Assembly: GCA_964415205.1 (NCBI GenBank) | Contig: CAYPZH010000002.1 | Location: 10,507-48,696, forward strand | Length of the DNA: 38,190 nt | Source of the DNA: an uncultured Actinomycetota bacterium | Lineage (GTDB): Bacteria > Actinomycetota > Geothermincolia > Geothermincolales > RBG-13-55-18 | Direction of reading: 5' to 3' | Shown: positions 1-8,717 of the stretch, one piece after another | Layout: every line of letters begins with the position of its first letter | How positions within the stretch are numbered: the first letter of the stretch is position 1 | The notes under the pieces: generated by a model | Databases searched by the model: none | Told to the model about the DNA's origin: nothing | Seen by the model: the letters and a program-made list of their open reading frames with translations, nothing else | Translations under genes and position numbers: made by a program

Positions 1-4
1 GAAG

Positions 5-724
5 ATGAAAAAGACGTGGCAGACGGAGCTGGATGGGCTGGTCGAGGTGCTGGGCATCAAGAGCAGGCCCGTGGCGGTGACCTTCACCAACGACGAGGTG
101 GAGGCGAAAAAGCGCAGGCGGGTTTGGATGTGTGCAGCCCTGAAACAGGCGGCGAGGGGCAAGAGTTTCGTCATCGACAGAGACACCTGCGCCTGCCCCG
201 GGGGCGGTTGGCACTGCGGGCTCACCCCGCAGCCGCCCGGACCCGCCTTCCGCGGCCTCCAGTGGTTCCTCACCCGCGGCGAGAAGCTCACCCACTCCAT
301 AACCAGCTTCCAGCGCATGATGTCGCTGGCAACGGCGCCTCCCACGGGCCTGAGCGAGCGCATCCTCATCGGCCCTGTGGCCGAGGCGGAGATGCGCCCC
401 GACCTGGTGGTCTTCCTGGCCAACCCGGAGCAGGTTTGCAGGCTCATCTGGCTCGACCATTACTGGGACGGCATCCCGCCGCAGATAGAGGTGACGGGGT
501 CCCTGTGCCACGGGGCCATCGCCTACCCCGTGGTCACCGGGCGCACCAACGTGACCTTCGGGGACTGGACCGCCCGGCGTATGCAGAAGTTCGCCTCCGA
601 CGTGGTCTTCATGAGCGTGCCCTACGAGAGGATACACAACCTCGTCGCCGCGGTGCCGGAGTGCTCCGCCGGCTCGGCGGAGCTGGAGATACCGGAGGGG
701 TTCCGCCAAGGCCCGGAGAGGTAG
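5..724 (+). CDS. DUF169-family protein (COG2043-like, function unknown)
   Basis: Complete 239-aa ORF from ATG 5. The N-terminal ...RPVAVTF..., the cysteine patch CACPGGGWHCG and the length match my recollection of DUF169 proteins. This is assigned by recall, not by search. The upstream context is cut by the window edge. Confidence 0.6.
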   Translation: MKKTWQTELDGLVEVLGIKSRPVAVTFTNDEVEAKKRRRVWMCAALKQAARGKSFVIDRDTCACPGGGWHCGLTPQPPGPAFRGLQWFLTRGEKLTHSITSFQRMMSLATAPPTGLSERILIGPVAEAEMRPDLVVFLANPEQVCRLIWLDHYWDGIPPQIEVTGSLCHGAIAYPVVTGRTNVTFGDWTARRMQKFASDVVFMSVPYERIHNLVAAVPECSAGSAELEIPEGFRQGPER

Positions 725-1041
725 TCTTGATGCGGCGGCTGCCCGCCGTCGGGGATGAGCGATGCCCCCATACCGTAGCGGACAAGATGGACGCGGAGGG
801 GCGCTGCAGTTATCGCGTGTAACCCTTCCCCCGCATGCGTGTTTTCCCATGCAAGATAATCGAAGATGATGCGGATCGACCAGGCTGTCTCTGCCTGAAT
901 GGCAAAATGTTCCATGCAACCGCAAGGGGGCTTTTTGCGCCGTTTTCAGGGACAGGGGGCCGACCGGCGCGGCTTCCGAAGGTGCAGGGGCGGGCAGGAA
1001 CTGACCGCGAGGGGCGGCCGCGAAAAAAGGGAGGTAAGTCT

Positions 1042-2727
1042 ATGAAAAAGGCGAGAAACGTATGGCAGGGCATCATGAAAGGCCTGTCCCACTCGGAGCG
1101 GGGCTTGATCATATTGCAGGACGAGGGAGAGGCGGCTTATACGCCGCGGGAACTGGTGGAGGCGGCGGAGAGGGCGGCTTGCAGCCTGATGAGGTTGGGC
1201 ATAGAGCCGGGAGACCGCGTAGGCATCATGGCCCAGACAACACCGGCAACGGTGGTGGCCCTCCTCGGGTGCTGGGCGGCGGGGGCGGTGGTTGTCCCCC
1301 TCCCCCTGCCCATGCGCGCCGTAGATCCCGTGTCTTTCATCGAGCAGAGCCGCCGCCGCCTGCACAAGGTGGAAGCCAGCTTGCTCGCCCTGCCCGGCTC
1401 CCTGTTGCCCATGGTGGGCGAGTTGGGGGTGGGGATGAGGCTCGTCGCGTGTGAGGAACTCGACGCGGGCGGGAGGATGCCGCCCGTGCCAACCGCACCG
1501 GAGGACATAGCCCTGGTGCAGTTCACCTCGGGCTCTACCAGCGAGCCGCGCGGTGTGGTCCTCAGCCACGCCAACATCATGGCCAACGCGCGTGCCATAA
1601 GCCGCAAGGTGAGGGTGAGCCGCAACGACCGCATCGTCTCCTGGATGCCCCTCTATCATGACATGGGGCTCATCGGGTTCCTCATCACCGCCCTCGGCTC
1701 GGGCGCCTCGCTCGTCCTCATGTCCCCGCAGCGTTTCGTGTCCGAGCCGTCGCTTTGGATGCGGGCCGTAAGCGACTACCGCGCGACCATCACCGGAGGC
1801 CCGAATTTCGCCTACGCGCTCACGGCGCGCGTGCTCGCTGCGGGTAGCGCAGGCGAGCTGGATCTTTCCTCCCTGCGCCTGGCCCTGAACGGGGCCGAAC
1901 CCGTGGACCCGGAGGTGCTGGACGGTTTCGTGGAGGCGGGCAGGCCGTTCGGGCTGAGGAAACAGGTCCCTTACCCCGTATACGGCCTTGCCGAGGCGAC
2001 GCTGGCCGTGACCTTTCCTCAGCCTGGGAGGATGTACCGCCTGGACCACGTGTCCCGGGCGGGTATCGAGGAGGAGGGCTTAGCCCGCCCCGCGCGGCCG
2101 GGCGAAGAAGGTACGCGGTCCCTGGCATCGCTTGGCTGCGCGCTGGAGGGCCTCGAGGTGAGCGTGGTAAAGGAGGACGGCAGCGAGGCAGGCGAGAGGG
2201 AGGTGGGGGAGGTGTGCGTGCGCGGCGCCTCGCTCATGCGCGGGTACTGGGACGACCCCGAGGCCACCGCCCGGGTGCTGCGGGACGGCCGCCTGCACAC
2301 CGGGGACCTCGGATACCTTGCGGGCGGGGAACTCTACCTGGTGGGAAGGATCAAGGACATGGTGATCATCGGCGGACGCAACCTCTTCCCCGAGGACGTG
2401 GAGCGGTGTGCGGAGCGGGTGAGCGGCGTCCGCAAAGGCAACGCCGTGGTCTTCGGCGTCTCCACGCGCCGTGGGCGGGAGCGCCTGGTGCTGGTGGGGG
2501 AGACGCGCCTCACCTGCCCGCTGGCCGCCGGAGAGACCGCGCGCGCCATCTCCTCCAAGGTGAGGGAGGAGATAGGCGTCCCGGTGCGCGAGGTGGTGCT
2601 GGTGCCCGCAGGGAGCCTTCCCAAGACCTCCAGCGGGAAGAAAAGGCGTTTCCTCTGCCGCGACCTCTATCTGGAGCAGCGACTGCAACCCGTCGCCCGC
2701 GCAGGCGCTCCGCTCTCTAAAGCCTGA
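1042..2727 (+). CDS. AMP-dependent synthetase/ligase, fatty-acyl-AMP ligase (FAAL)-like
   Basis: Lies in the frame of the 835..2727 ORF. GGAGG at 1030-1034 sits 7 nt before ATG 1042 (MKKARN...). Adenylate-forming motifs are present: FTSGSTSEPRGV, YGLAEAT, TGDLGY, GRIKD and a C-terminal PKTSSGKKRR. No carrier-protein gene is adjacent. Confidence 0.8.
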   Translation: MKKARNVWQGIMKGLSHSERGLIILQDEGEAAYTPRELVEAAERAACSLMRLGIEPGDRVGIMAQTTPATVVALLGCWAAGAVVVPLPLPMRAVDPVSFIEQSRRRLHKVEASLLALPGSLLPMVGELGVGMRLVACEELDAGGRMPPVPTAPEDIALVQFTSGSTSEPRGVVLSHANIMANARAISRKVRVSRNDRIVSWMPLYHDMGLIGFLITALGSGASLVLMSPQRFVSEPSLWMRAVSDYRATITGGPNFAYALTARVLAAGSAGELDLSSLRLALNGAEPVDPEVLDGFVEAGRPFGLRKQVPYPVYGLAEATLAVTFPQPGRMYRLDHVSRAGIEEEGLARPARPGEEGTRSLASLGCALEGLEVSVVKEDGSEAGEREVGEVCVRGASLMRGYWDDPEATARVLRDGRLHTGDLGYLAGGELYLVGRIKDMVIIGGRNLFPEDVERCAERVSGVRKGNAVVFGVSTRRGRERLVLVGETRLTCPLAAGETARAISSKVREEIGVPVREVVLVPAGSLPKTSSGKKRRFLCRDLYLEQRLQPVARAGAPLSKA

Positions 2728-2733
2728 CGCACG

Positions 2734-2752
2734 CCTGGCGCTTGGCGCCAGG
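2734..2752. terminator. GC-rich hairpin between convergent genes (possible bidirectional terminator)
   Basis: cctggcgc-ttg-gcgccagg forms a perfect 8-bp stem with a 3-nt loop. It begins 7 nt after the ligase TGA (2725-2727) and lies before the 3' end (2903) of the convergent gene. There is no U-tract. Confidence 0.35.
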
Positions 2753-2902
2753 TGGGACGCACCGCGTAAGCGATCGGGCCTTCTTCGGCTCGGCGGTAGC
2801 GGTGCCATGACGCCTCTGAACGATAAGGCCTGGCGGATATGAGCTTGGACCAGACGACGGATGTGCGGGGCTGGGCCCGGTTGCGGCGCTGTATACCCAG
2901 AG

Positions 2903-3880
2903 TCAGGAGTGCCGGAGACCGCGCAGTATCCGCTCGCCCTCCTCCACCATGCGGCGGATGGCCTCGCCTGCGGGCAGGACCTCGCCGATGGCGCCGGCGC
3001 ATTCCCCCGCGATGACCAGTCCCCTGGTGACGTCACCGTCCCGGAAGGTAGCTGGAGCACGCAGCCATGCTTCGGTCACCCGGGCCGCCCTTTCCTCCAG
3101 GGGCAATGCCTCCAACTCGCGCGCAGCGTCGTTGGACAGGACCCGGATGCTGCCCGTGCCCATGGAAAGGACCATGGTCTCGCCCGGGCCGGCCGCGAGC
3201 AGCGCCCGCTTCACGTCGGGGTGGATACTGCATTCCTCGCTGAGCATGAGGCGGGTCCCTATCTGTACGCCCCTCGCGCCCATAGCGAAGGCGGCGGCGT
3301 AGCCGCGCCCGTCGTGTATGCCGCCGGCGGCTATGACCGGGACCTCTACCATGTCCACTACCTGGGGGACGAGGTTCAGGGTGGATACCGGTCGCGAGGC
3401 CTGTACGCCCCCTGATTCTCCTCCCTCGGCGACCACGGCATCCACGCCCGCCTGCTCAGCCTTCAGAGCCAGCAGGGGAGAGGGGACGACGTGGATCACC
3501 TTTATCCCCGCCTGCTTGAGCAGGGGCGTCAGGGCGGCGGGGGAACCGGCGGAGGTGGTGGCGACGGTTATGCCCTCCTCCGCCAGCACCTCCACCATGG
3601 AGGCGGAGAGGGGATTCCGGGCCACCAGGTTCACGCCGAAGGGCTGGGCGGTGAGAGCGCGGATCTCGGCGATGGCCCTACGCAGGCCGTCCAGGTCAAG
3701 TCCCACCGTAGCCAGCTGGCCGAGGCCGCCGCCCTCGCTCACGGCGGCCACCAGCTCTGGGTTGGAGATGGTGCCCATGGCCCCCATGATCACCGGGTAT
3801 TGCGTGCCCAGGAGTGCGGCCACGCTCTCCATCGGCGGCACGCTGCTTTCGCCACTTCCTCCCGCCGTCCTGCCGCTCAT
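2903..3880 (-). CDS. NMO-family FMN oxidoreductase (nitronate monooxygenase / FabK-like enoyl reductase family)
   Basis: 325-aa ORF containing YPVIMGAMGTISNPELVAAVSEGGGLG, VIAAGGIHDGRG and GARGVQIGTRL, which are typical of PF03060-type TIM-barrel flavoenzymes. Its ATG (3880-3878) overlaps the TGA (3879-3877) of the upstream Fe-S gene as ATGA, indicating translational coupling. Confidence 0.8.
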   Translation of the reverse strand: MSGRTAGGSGESSVPPMESVAALLGTQYPVIMGAMGTISNPELVAAVSEGGGLGQLATVGLDLDGLRRAIAEIRALTAQPFGVNLVARNPLSASMVEVLAEEGITVATTSAGSPAALTPLLKQAGIKVIHVVPSPLLALKAEQAGVDAVVAEGGESGGVQASRPVSTLNLVPQVVDMVEVPVIAAGGIHDGRGYAAAFAMGARGVQIGTRLMLSEECSIHPDVKRALLAAGPGETMVLSMGTGSIRVLSNDAARELEALPLEERAARVTEAWLRAPATFRDGDVTRGLVIAGECAGAIGEVLPAGEAIRRMVEEGERILRGLRHS

Positions 3881-4932
3881 ATCAAACCCCTGTCCCTAAG
3901 GATATTAGCGTTCATCTCCACCACGTTGGCGGGCGGGGCCTCTGTCCCTTCCTTCAGCACCATCTCGACCGCGCCGGCGGGGCAGGTGGAGACGCACAGG
4001 CCGCACCCGATGCAGCGCGCCTCGTCCACGCTCATGAAGTCGGCGCTCTCCACGATGGCGTCTATCTGGCAGCGCTCCCGGCAGGTCCCGCATGCCGTGC
4101 ACGTGTCGGGGTCGATGCTCGCCCGGTAGGAGGAAAGGACGTGGTCCGCCGGGCGCTCATGGGAACGCAGCCCCCGGAACTGCCCGCAGCAGCACGAACA
4201 ACAGCAGCAGATGTTCACGATGCTCTGGGCGTTGCTGGGGCAGAGCACCAGGGCGGCCTCCTCCGCCTGATCCAGAATGGCCAGGCATTCCTCCAGGGTT
4301 ATCATGCGCCCCAGGCCGTTCTCCTCGTAATACTCGGCGGCGAAGCCGAAACTGAGGCAGGTCTCTACCGGCCTCTCACACGCCTGCCCCAGCAGCCCCT
4401 GCTCCACGCGGCAGATGCAGTCCGCAACGGCGAACTTGTCCTGGCCTCTCACCAGCTCGCGGACGCAGTCGTAGGTGGCGACGCCCTTCATGCCTTCCAC
4501 GGCGGTGCCCACCGGCACCACCCGCATCTGCTTCGTTTTCACCCTGTACCAGGATTCGCTGAGGTAGGGCTCGTAGTCGTGTATGAGCTGGGCGAGTTCG
4601 CGGTCCATGCTCTTGAGGTGGAACTCGTACACGCCGACCAGGAAAGACATGGCCATGTACAGAGGCCCACCATCGGTCCTTATCCTGAAGATGTTCCCCC
4701 GCCTGGCCATGGACTCCAGCATTTCCGCCGCCTTATCTTCTTCCAGGCACGCCCGCGCGGCTATGGCCGCAGCCGTTTCCGGGAAGTTATGCAGGTGCAT
4801 CACCAGTTCCGCCTCCTCGGGGGTGAAATATCTCTCCAGCAGCCTCAGCTCGACCCCCGTCCCGGTGGCGGGGAAGCCCCCAGGCATACGGTCCATGAAC
4901 TCCCGCAGCCTCATGTAAACGTCGTCAGCCAT
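3877..4932 (-). CDS. Poly-cysteine multi-cluster Fe-S protein, paralog 1 (2x[4Fe-4S] ferredoxin-type C-terminus)
   Basis: 351 aa. It has the N-terminal MADDVYxRLxxxxDxMP...LFTPEEAEL module, a CICR..C..C patch, a CCCCSCCC run (nt 4186-4209) and two CxxCxxCxxxCP ferredoxin motifs (CTACGTCRERC, CIGCGLCVSTCP). Confidence 0.75.
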   Translation of the reverse strand: MADDVYMRLREFMDRMPGGFPATGTGVELRLLERYFTPEEAELVMHLHNFPETAAAIAARACLEEDKAAEMLESMARRGNIFRIRTDGGPLYMAMSFLVGVYEFHLKSMDRELAQLIHDYEPYLSESWYRVKTKQMRVVPVGTAVEGMKGVATYDCVRELVRGQDKFAVADCICRVEQGLLGQACERPVETCLSFGFAAEYYEENGLGRMITLEECLAILDQAEEAALVLCPSNAQSIVNICCCCSCCCGQFRGLRSHERPADHVLSSYRASIDPDTCTACGTCRERCQIDAIVESADFMSVDEARCIGCGLCVSTCPAGAVEMVLKEGTEAPPANVVEMNANILRDRGLI

Positions 4933-4941
4933 CTCGACCCC

Positions 4942-6027
4942 TTAAGGTTTGATGACCTCGAGGAAAGCGTCCAGCTTGCCCTTCTCCTGCAGGATCTTCA
5001 TGCCCATCTCGCCGGTCGTCTGCGGGGGCTCGCGGTACTCCTCTACCTTGACCAGGTGCAGGGCCTCCTCGGGGCAGCCGCTTACGCACAGGCCACAGCC
5101 GATGCAGCGGTCGCGGTCTACCGACGCGACTTCTTCGGCCACCTTTATGGCGCCGACCGGGCACCTCTCGTCGGCACAGACGCCGCAGCCGTTGCACAGC
5201 TCCGCGTCCACCACAGGCATGAAGCCGGAGGAGGCGAAGACCGGGGCGTTGCCCCACTCCAGGCTCATGCGCAGCAGGCCGCAGCAGCAGGTGCAGCAGT
5301 TGCACACGAAGGTCAGGCTCTCCTGCACGTTGTTGATCTGGTGCACCAGGCCCGCCCGGTCGAACTCCCGCAGCTTCTCCTTCATCTCCTCTTTGCTGAG
5401 GTAGCGGCCGAAGCCGCGCTCCACCAGGTAGGTGCAGGTCTCGTCGAAGAGCATGCACGCCTCGCGCGGGGCGTCGCACTTGCGCTCCATGTCGCGGCAG
5501 GCGCAGGTGCCGATGCCCACCACCGTGGCGTTGTCGATCATCTCGTAGACCTTCTGGTAGGGGAGCACTCCGGGCTCGCTCTCCACCTCCTCCTGGATGG
5601 GGATGATGCGGGAGAACCTGGTCTCGGTGCCGCCGAACCCTTTGCCGAGCTTGGGCAGGTAAGCCTTCCACAATGGCGTCAGCTTTTCCCGCATCTCCTC
5701 GCTCATCCCCTTCATGTAGGGGAACTCGAAGATGCCGGGCATGACCGGGAGCAGGGCGTAGCCGAGCCTGCCTTCCTTCTCGCGCACGAAGACCACTGCC
5801 TTGTCCGCCAGGGACTCGAGGCACCTTGCCGCCGTTTTCTCGTCCACCCCGGCGCGGCGGGCCACGTCCGCCACGCCGAAAGGCCGGAAGCCCAGCCCCA
5901 GGGCCACCCCGGCCTCCTCCTCGGTGAAGAACACCTTGAGGATGTCGATGATCTCGGGCGCCGCAGTGCATCCCGTGGGATGGCGGTCCAGCAGCTCCCG
6001 CAGGCGTTCGTACACTTCATCTGGCAT
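4942..6027 (-). CDS. Poly-cysteine multi-cluster Fe-S protein, paralog 2
   Basis: 361 aa and collinear with paralogs 1 and 3: MPDEVYERL..., CACR..C..C, CNCCTCCC (nt 5281-5304), CNGCGVCADERCP and CIGCGLCVSGCP. The gap to the next gene is 9 nt. Confidence 0.75.
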   Translation of the reverse strand: MPDEVYERLRELLDRHPTGCTAAPEIIDILKVFFTEEEAGVALGLGFRPFGVADVARRAGVDEKTAARCLESLADKAVVFVREKEGRLGYALLPVMPGIFEFPYMKGMSEEMREKLTPLWKAYLPKLGKGFGGTETRFSRIIPIQEEVESEPGVLPYQKVYEMIDNATVVGIGTCACRDMERKCDAPREACMLFDETCTYLVERGFGRYLSKEEMKEKLREFDRAGLVHQINNVQESLTFVCNCCTCCCGLLRMSLEWGNAPVFASSGFMPVVDAELCNGCGVCADERCPVGAIKVAEEVASVDRDRCIGCGLCVSGCPEEALHLVKVEEYREPPQTTGEMGMKILQEKGKLDAFLEVIKP

Positions 6028-6045
6028 GGGTATCTCCCCCTTGTG

Positions 6046-7128
6046 TCACGGCCTCTGACCTTTACGCGACTTCTCCTGCATCTGGGCTGCGATGAACTCG
6101 GGCAAGGGGAGGATCTTTGCTGCGTCCCCGCGGCGCTCCAGGGTCAGTGCCTCCCCCGAACAGGTGGGGATGCATACGCCGCACCCCAGGCAGCGTGCTT
6201 CGTCGACCCGGGCGACCTCGTCTTCATCCACGGAGATGGCCCCCACCGGGCATCGCTCCTCGCAGTCCCCACATCCCACGCAGCTCTCCCTGTCCACCCG
6301 GGCGGCGTAGCTGGAGGCGGCCATGGCGTTAGCGTAGCCTAGCTCGTTGATGGTGTTGATGAACCCGCAGCAGCAGCTGCAGCAGCAGCAGATGGTGGAC
6401 ACCTTCCCCTGGTAGTTATCGGTGGAGAAGACCAGCCCCTCCTCGTGGGCCTCCCTCAGCTTGTCCAGGGTCTCCTCCAGGGTCACTTCCCTGCCCATAC
6501 CCTGCTCGACGATGAAGCGGCCCATGGAGCCGAAGTGGAAGCAGTTCTCCCGCTCGTGCTCGCATCCCTCCCCCACGTACGCCTTGAACTGGCGGCAGGG
6601 GCAGTAGGCCACCGCGCGGTAGTCGACCTCCTCTACAAGCTTGCTCACCGTCTCGTAGGGGAGGACCTGCGTGCCGGGGGAAATCTCCTCCACTACCGGC
6701 ACTATGCGCAGCAGGGGCACCTCGCGGTCTCCGATCTCCTTGCCGAAGGCCGAGCGGAAATAGCTGTACCACAGAGGAGCCAGCGCGCGCACCCTTGCGT
6801 TGTCCTCTCCGGGCCAGAAAGGCGTCTCAGAGAAGCCCACCACTGTGGGGAGCAGGCGGTATTTCGTCGCCCCGCCCTTGCTGCTCCTGAAGACGGTCCC
6901 CTTGGCGACCATGCCGTCCAGCATACCCTCCAGTTCCCCGGGAGGCATACCGGTGATGCCGGAGAGCGAATCCAGGTCAGCGTTCATAAAAGGGAGCTTA
7001 GCTCCCAGCTCCGCCTCCTCAGGCGTGAAGAGGATGCGCAGTATCCCAAGGAGTTCGTCGCTCATGGGGGCCCCGACGGGCATCTCGTCCAGGTGCCGGG
7101 CCAGCTTGGAATAAACGTCATCGGCCAT
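6046..7128 (-). CDS. Poly-cysteine multi-cluster Fe-S protein, paralog 3
   Basis: The ORF track gives 6046..7134 (MKMADDVY). I prefer ATG 7128 (MADDVY, matching paralog 1) because GGAGGAG (complement of 7136-7142) directly abuts ATG 7134 but lies 6 nt before ATG 7128. Motifs are CPCR..C..C, CCCCSCCC (nt 6367-6390), CVGCGDCEERCP and CLGCGVCIPTC. Confidence 0.75.
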   Translation of the reverse strand: MADDVYSKLARHLDEMPVGAPMSDELLGILRILFTPEEAELGAKLPFMNADLDSLSGITGMPPGELEGMLDGMVAKGTVFRSSKGGATKYRLLPTVVGFSETPFWPGEDNARVRALAPLWYSYFRSAFGKEIGDREVPLLRIVPVVEEISPGTQVLPYETVSKLVEEVDYRAVAYCPCRQFKAYVGEGCEHERENCFHFGSMGRFIVEQGMGREVTLEETLDKLREAHEEGLVFSTDNYQGKVSTICCCCSCCCGFINTINELGYANAMAASSYAARVDRESCVGCGDCEERCPVGAISVDEDEVARVDEARCLGCGVCIPTCSGEALTLERRGDAAKILPLPEFIAAQMQEKSRKGQRP

Positions 7129-7145
7129 CTTCATCTCCTCCTACC

Positions 7146-7270
7146 GGGGTCAGGTCTTGGCTTTTGAATACCAATAATTACCATAATCTCTATAGTACCT
7201 GTTTATCGGCCATAGATTTTCAACAATATGGTCAAGATACCGGAGTATCCAAAATCCAAGACCTGACCCC
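7146..7270. repeat. AT-rich 95-bp core flanked by perfect 15-bp inverted repeats, in the intergenic promoter region
   Basis: ggggtcaggtcttgg (7146-7160) is the exact reverse complement of ccaagacctgacccc (7256-7270). The core 7161-7255 is strikingly AT-rich compared with its flanks. The right arm abuts the TetR stop codon (7271-7273) and the left arm ends 4 nt from the SD of the Fe-S operon. Confidence 0.6.
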
Positions 7271-7906
7271 CTACGGTCGGCTCCGCCGGCCGCCGTCCTT
7301 CATCTCCGCGAACTGTTGCAGGATAAGCGCTACGCTGTTGCGCATGGGGGCGGGGTCCAGGGTTACCTTGCTGATCATTATCCCACCCTCCAGGGCGCTG
7401 ATGGCGAAATCCGCGTACTTCGCGCTGTCGAAGTCCAGCGGCAGTTCTTCCTGCCTTTTCATCTCCTCCAGCTCCGACGCGATAAGCCGCGACCAGTCGC
7501 GGAAGGCCTGCGCTATGCGCTCGCGAAAGACATCGTTGGTGTTGCTGGTCTCAAGCGCCAGGTTGCCCAGGATGCAGCCGCGGGAGCAGTCCGCCGCCTC
7601 CACGATGTTCTGGATGCCCCGGAGCATGGCCTCGATGCGTCCGTACGGGGTCAGGTCCTGCCGGTCGAGGGACTCGCGCATGCTTCCCAGGATATGGTCC
7701 GAGGCGTTCTCGATCACTGCGCAGCCCAGCTCCTGCTTGGACGAGAAGTGGAAGTAGAAGCTGCCCTTGGTCACCCCTGCCGCGGCGATGACGTCGTCGA
7801 TGGTGGTCCTGGAATAGCCCTTTTCGTACATAAGTAGGGTGGCGTGGCCCACGATGCGCCGGCGCGTCTTCTCGCCCTTGGACGGTCTCGCCGCCTCTCC
7901 TGCCAT
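7271..7906 (-). CDS. TetR/AcrR-family transcriptional regulator
   Basis: N-terminal HTH signature RRRIVGHATLLMYEKGYSRTTIDDVIAAAGVTKGSFYFHFSSKQELG. I prefer ATG 7906 to the TTG at 7918 given by the ORF track. It lies on the same strand as, and directly upstream of, the Fe-S/NMO operon. Confidence 0.85.
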   Translation of the reverse strand: MAGEAARPSKGEKTRRRIVGHATLLMYEKGYSRTTIDDVIAAAGVTKGSFYFHFSSKQELGCAVIENASDHILGSMRESLDRQDLTPYGRIEAMLRGIQNIVEAADCSRGCILGNLALETSNTNDVFRERIAQAFRDWSRLIASELEEMKRQEELPLDFDSAKYADFAISALEGGIMISKVTLDPAPMRNSVALILQQFAEMKDGGRRSRP

Positions 7907-8143
7907 GGTCTCCCCCAAAACATACCAACTGGTCGGTTTTTCTATTCTATCATCAGCTCATGCCCTGTCAACCCGGGCCCGGGACGGAGCACACAGTATG
8001 CGCGCATCCCGCCGCCGTGACACCTCCCTCTCTGTTCAAATGCATGCGTTCCGGATAAGAATATAGGCGTCGGCATGAGGCCGGAGGAAAAGGCCCCAGG
8101 CGCGAGAAGACGTCGGGGCGCCTGAGTCCGAAAGGCGGAAAAG

Positions 8144-8629
8144 ATGGTGGATAAGGGGTTTCCGGATGTCATCCAGGTGGTCGTGGAGATACCCAAGGGT
8201 TCGCACAACAAGTACGAGTACGACCCAGAGAGCGGACGCATCAAGCTCGATCGCGTCCTCTTCAGCTCCGTGCACTATCCTGCGGATTATGGTTTCGCCG
8301 AGGAGACCATGGCCGAGGACGGTGACGAGGTGGACGTGCTTGTGCTCATCGAGGAGCCCACCTTCCCGGGTTGCCTTATCGAGGCCAAGCCCATCGGCTA
8401 CCTGGAGATGCGGGACGAGAAAGGAGGTGACAACAAGGTCATTGCGGTGCCGCTTAACGATCCCCGTTGGGGCCAGGTCAAAGACCTCTACGAACTCCCG
8501 CCGTCCCTACTCGACGAGATAGAGGACTTCTTCCTCACCTACAAGAGGCTGGAGATGCACGAAGTCCGCAGCGAGGGGTGGTACAACGTCCGCAAGGCCA
8601 AGGACTACCTCATGGATTGCAGGACCTAG
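8144..8629 (+). CDS. ppa: Inorganic pyrophosphatase (family I)
   Basis: 161 aa with VVVEIPKGSHNKYEYD, DRVLFSSVHYPADYGF and DGDEVDVLVL, the classic family I PPase metal-binding motifs. Confidence 0.9.
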   Translation: MVDKGFPDVIQVVVEIPKGSHNKYEYDPESGRIKLDRVLFSSVHYPADYGFAEETMAEDGDEVDVLVLIEEPTFPGCLIEAKPIGYLEMRDEKGGDNKVIAVPLNDPRWGQVKDLYELPPSLLDEIEDFFLTYKRLEMHEVRSEGWYNVRKAKDYLMDCRT

Positions 8630-8717
8630 GGATCATCGCCCCCGTCGAAGGCCTGGCACCAAAGACCTAGCCTCTGGCATCGCCGCCCCATGGAAAACGG
8701 TTCTCGGGACCCGGCTC

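Noticed and set aside
835-1041. N-terminal extension of the FAAL-like ORF (track start at 835)
   Set aside because: The extension is Arg/Gly/Pro-rich with no ligase homology. A strong GGAGG sits 7 nt before ATG 1042, where the conserved protein begins.
725-1041. Possible riboswitch or leader in the 317-nt spacer before the FAAL-like gene (repeated ccatgcaa 8-mers at ~848 and ~912, G-rich tracts)
   Set aside because: I could not match it to any riboswitch consensus I know, and I found no convincing conserved stem architecture by eye. A covariance-model scan (Rfam) would be needed to revisit this.
3814-6342. 842-aa plus-strand ORF spanning the Fe-S gene region
   Set aside because: It is antisense to three well-supported minus-strand genes, has a low-complexity Ala/Gly/His/Leu/Pro/Arg-rich composition and no recognisable motifs, and is typical of a GC-rich shadow ORF.
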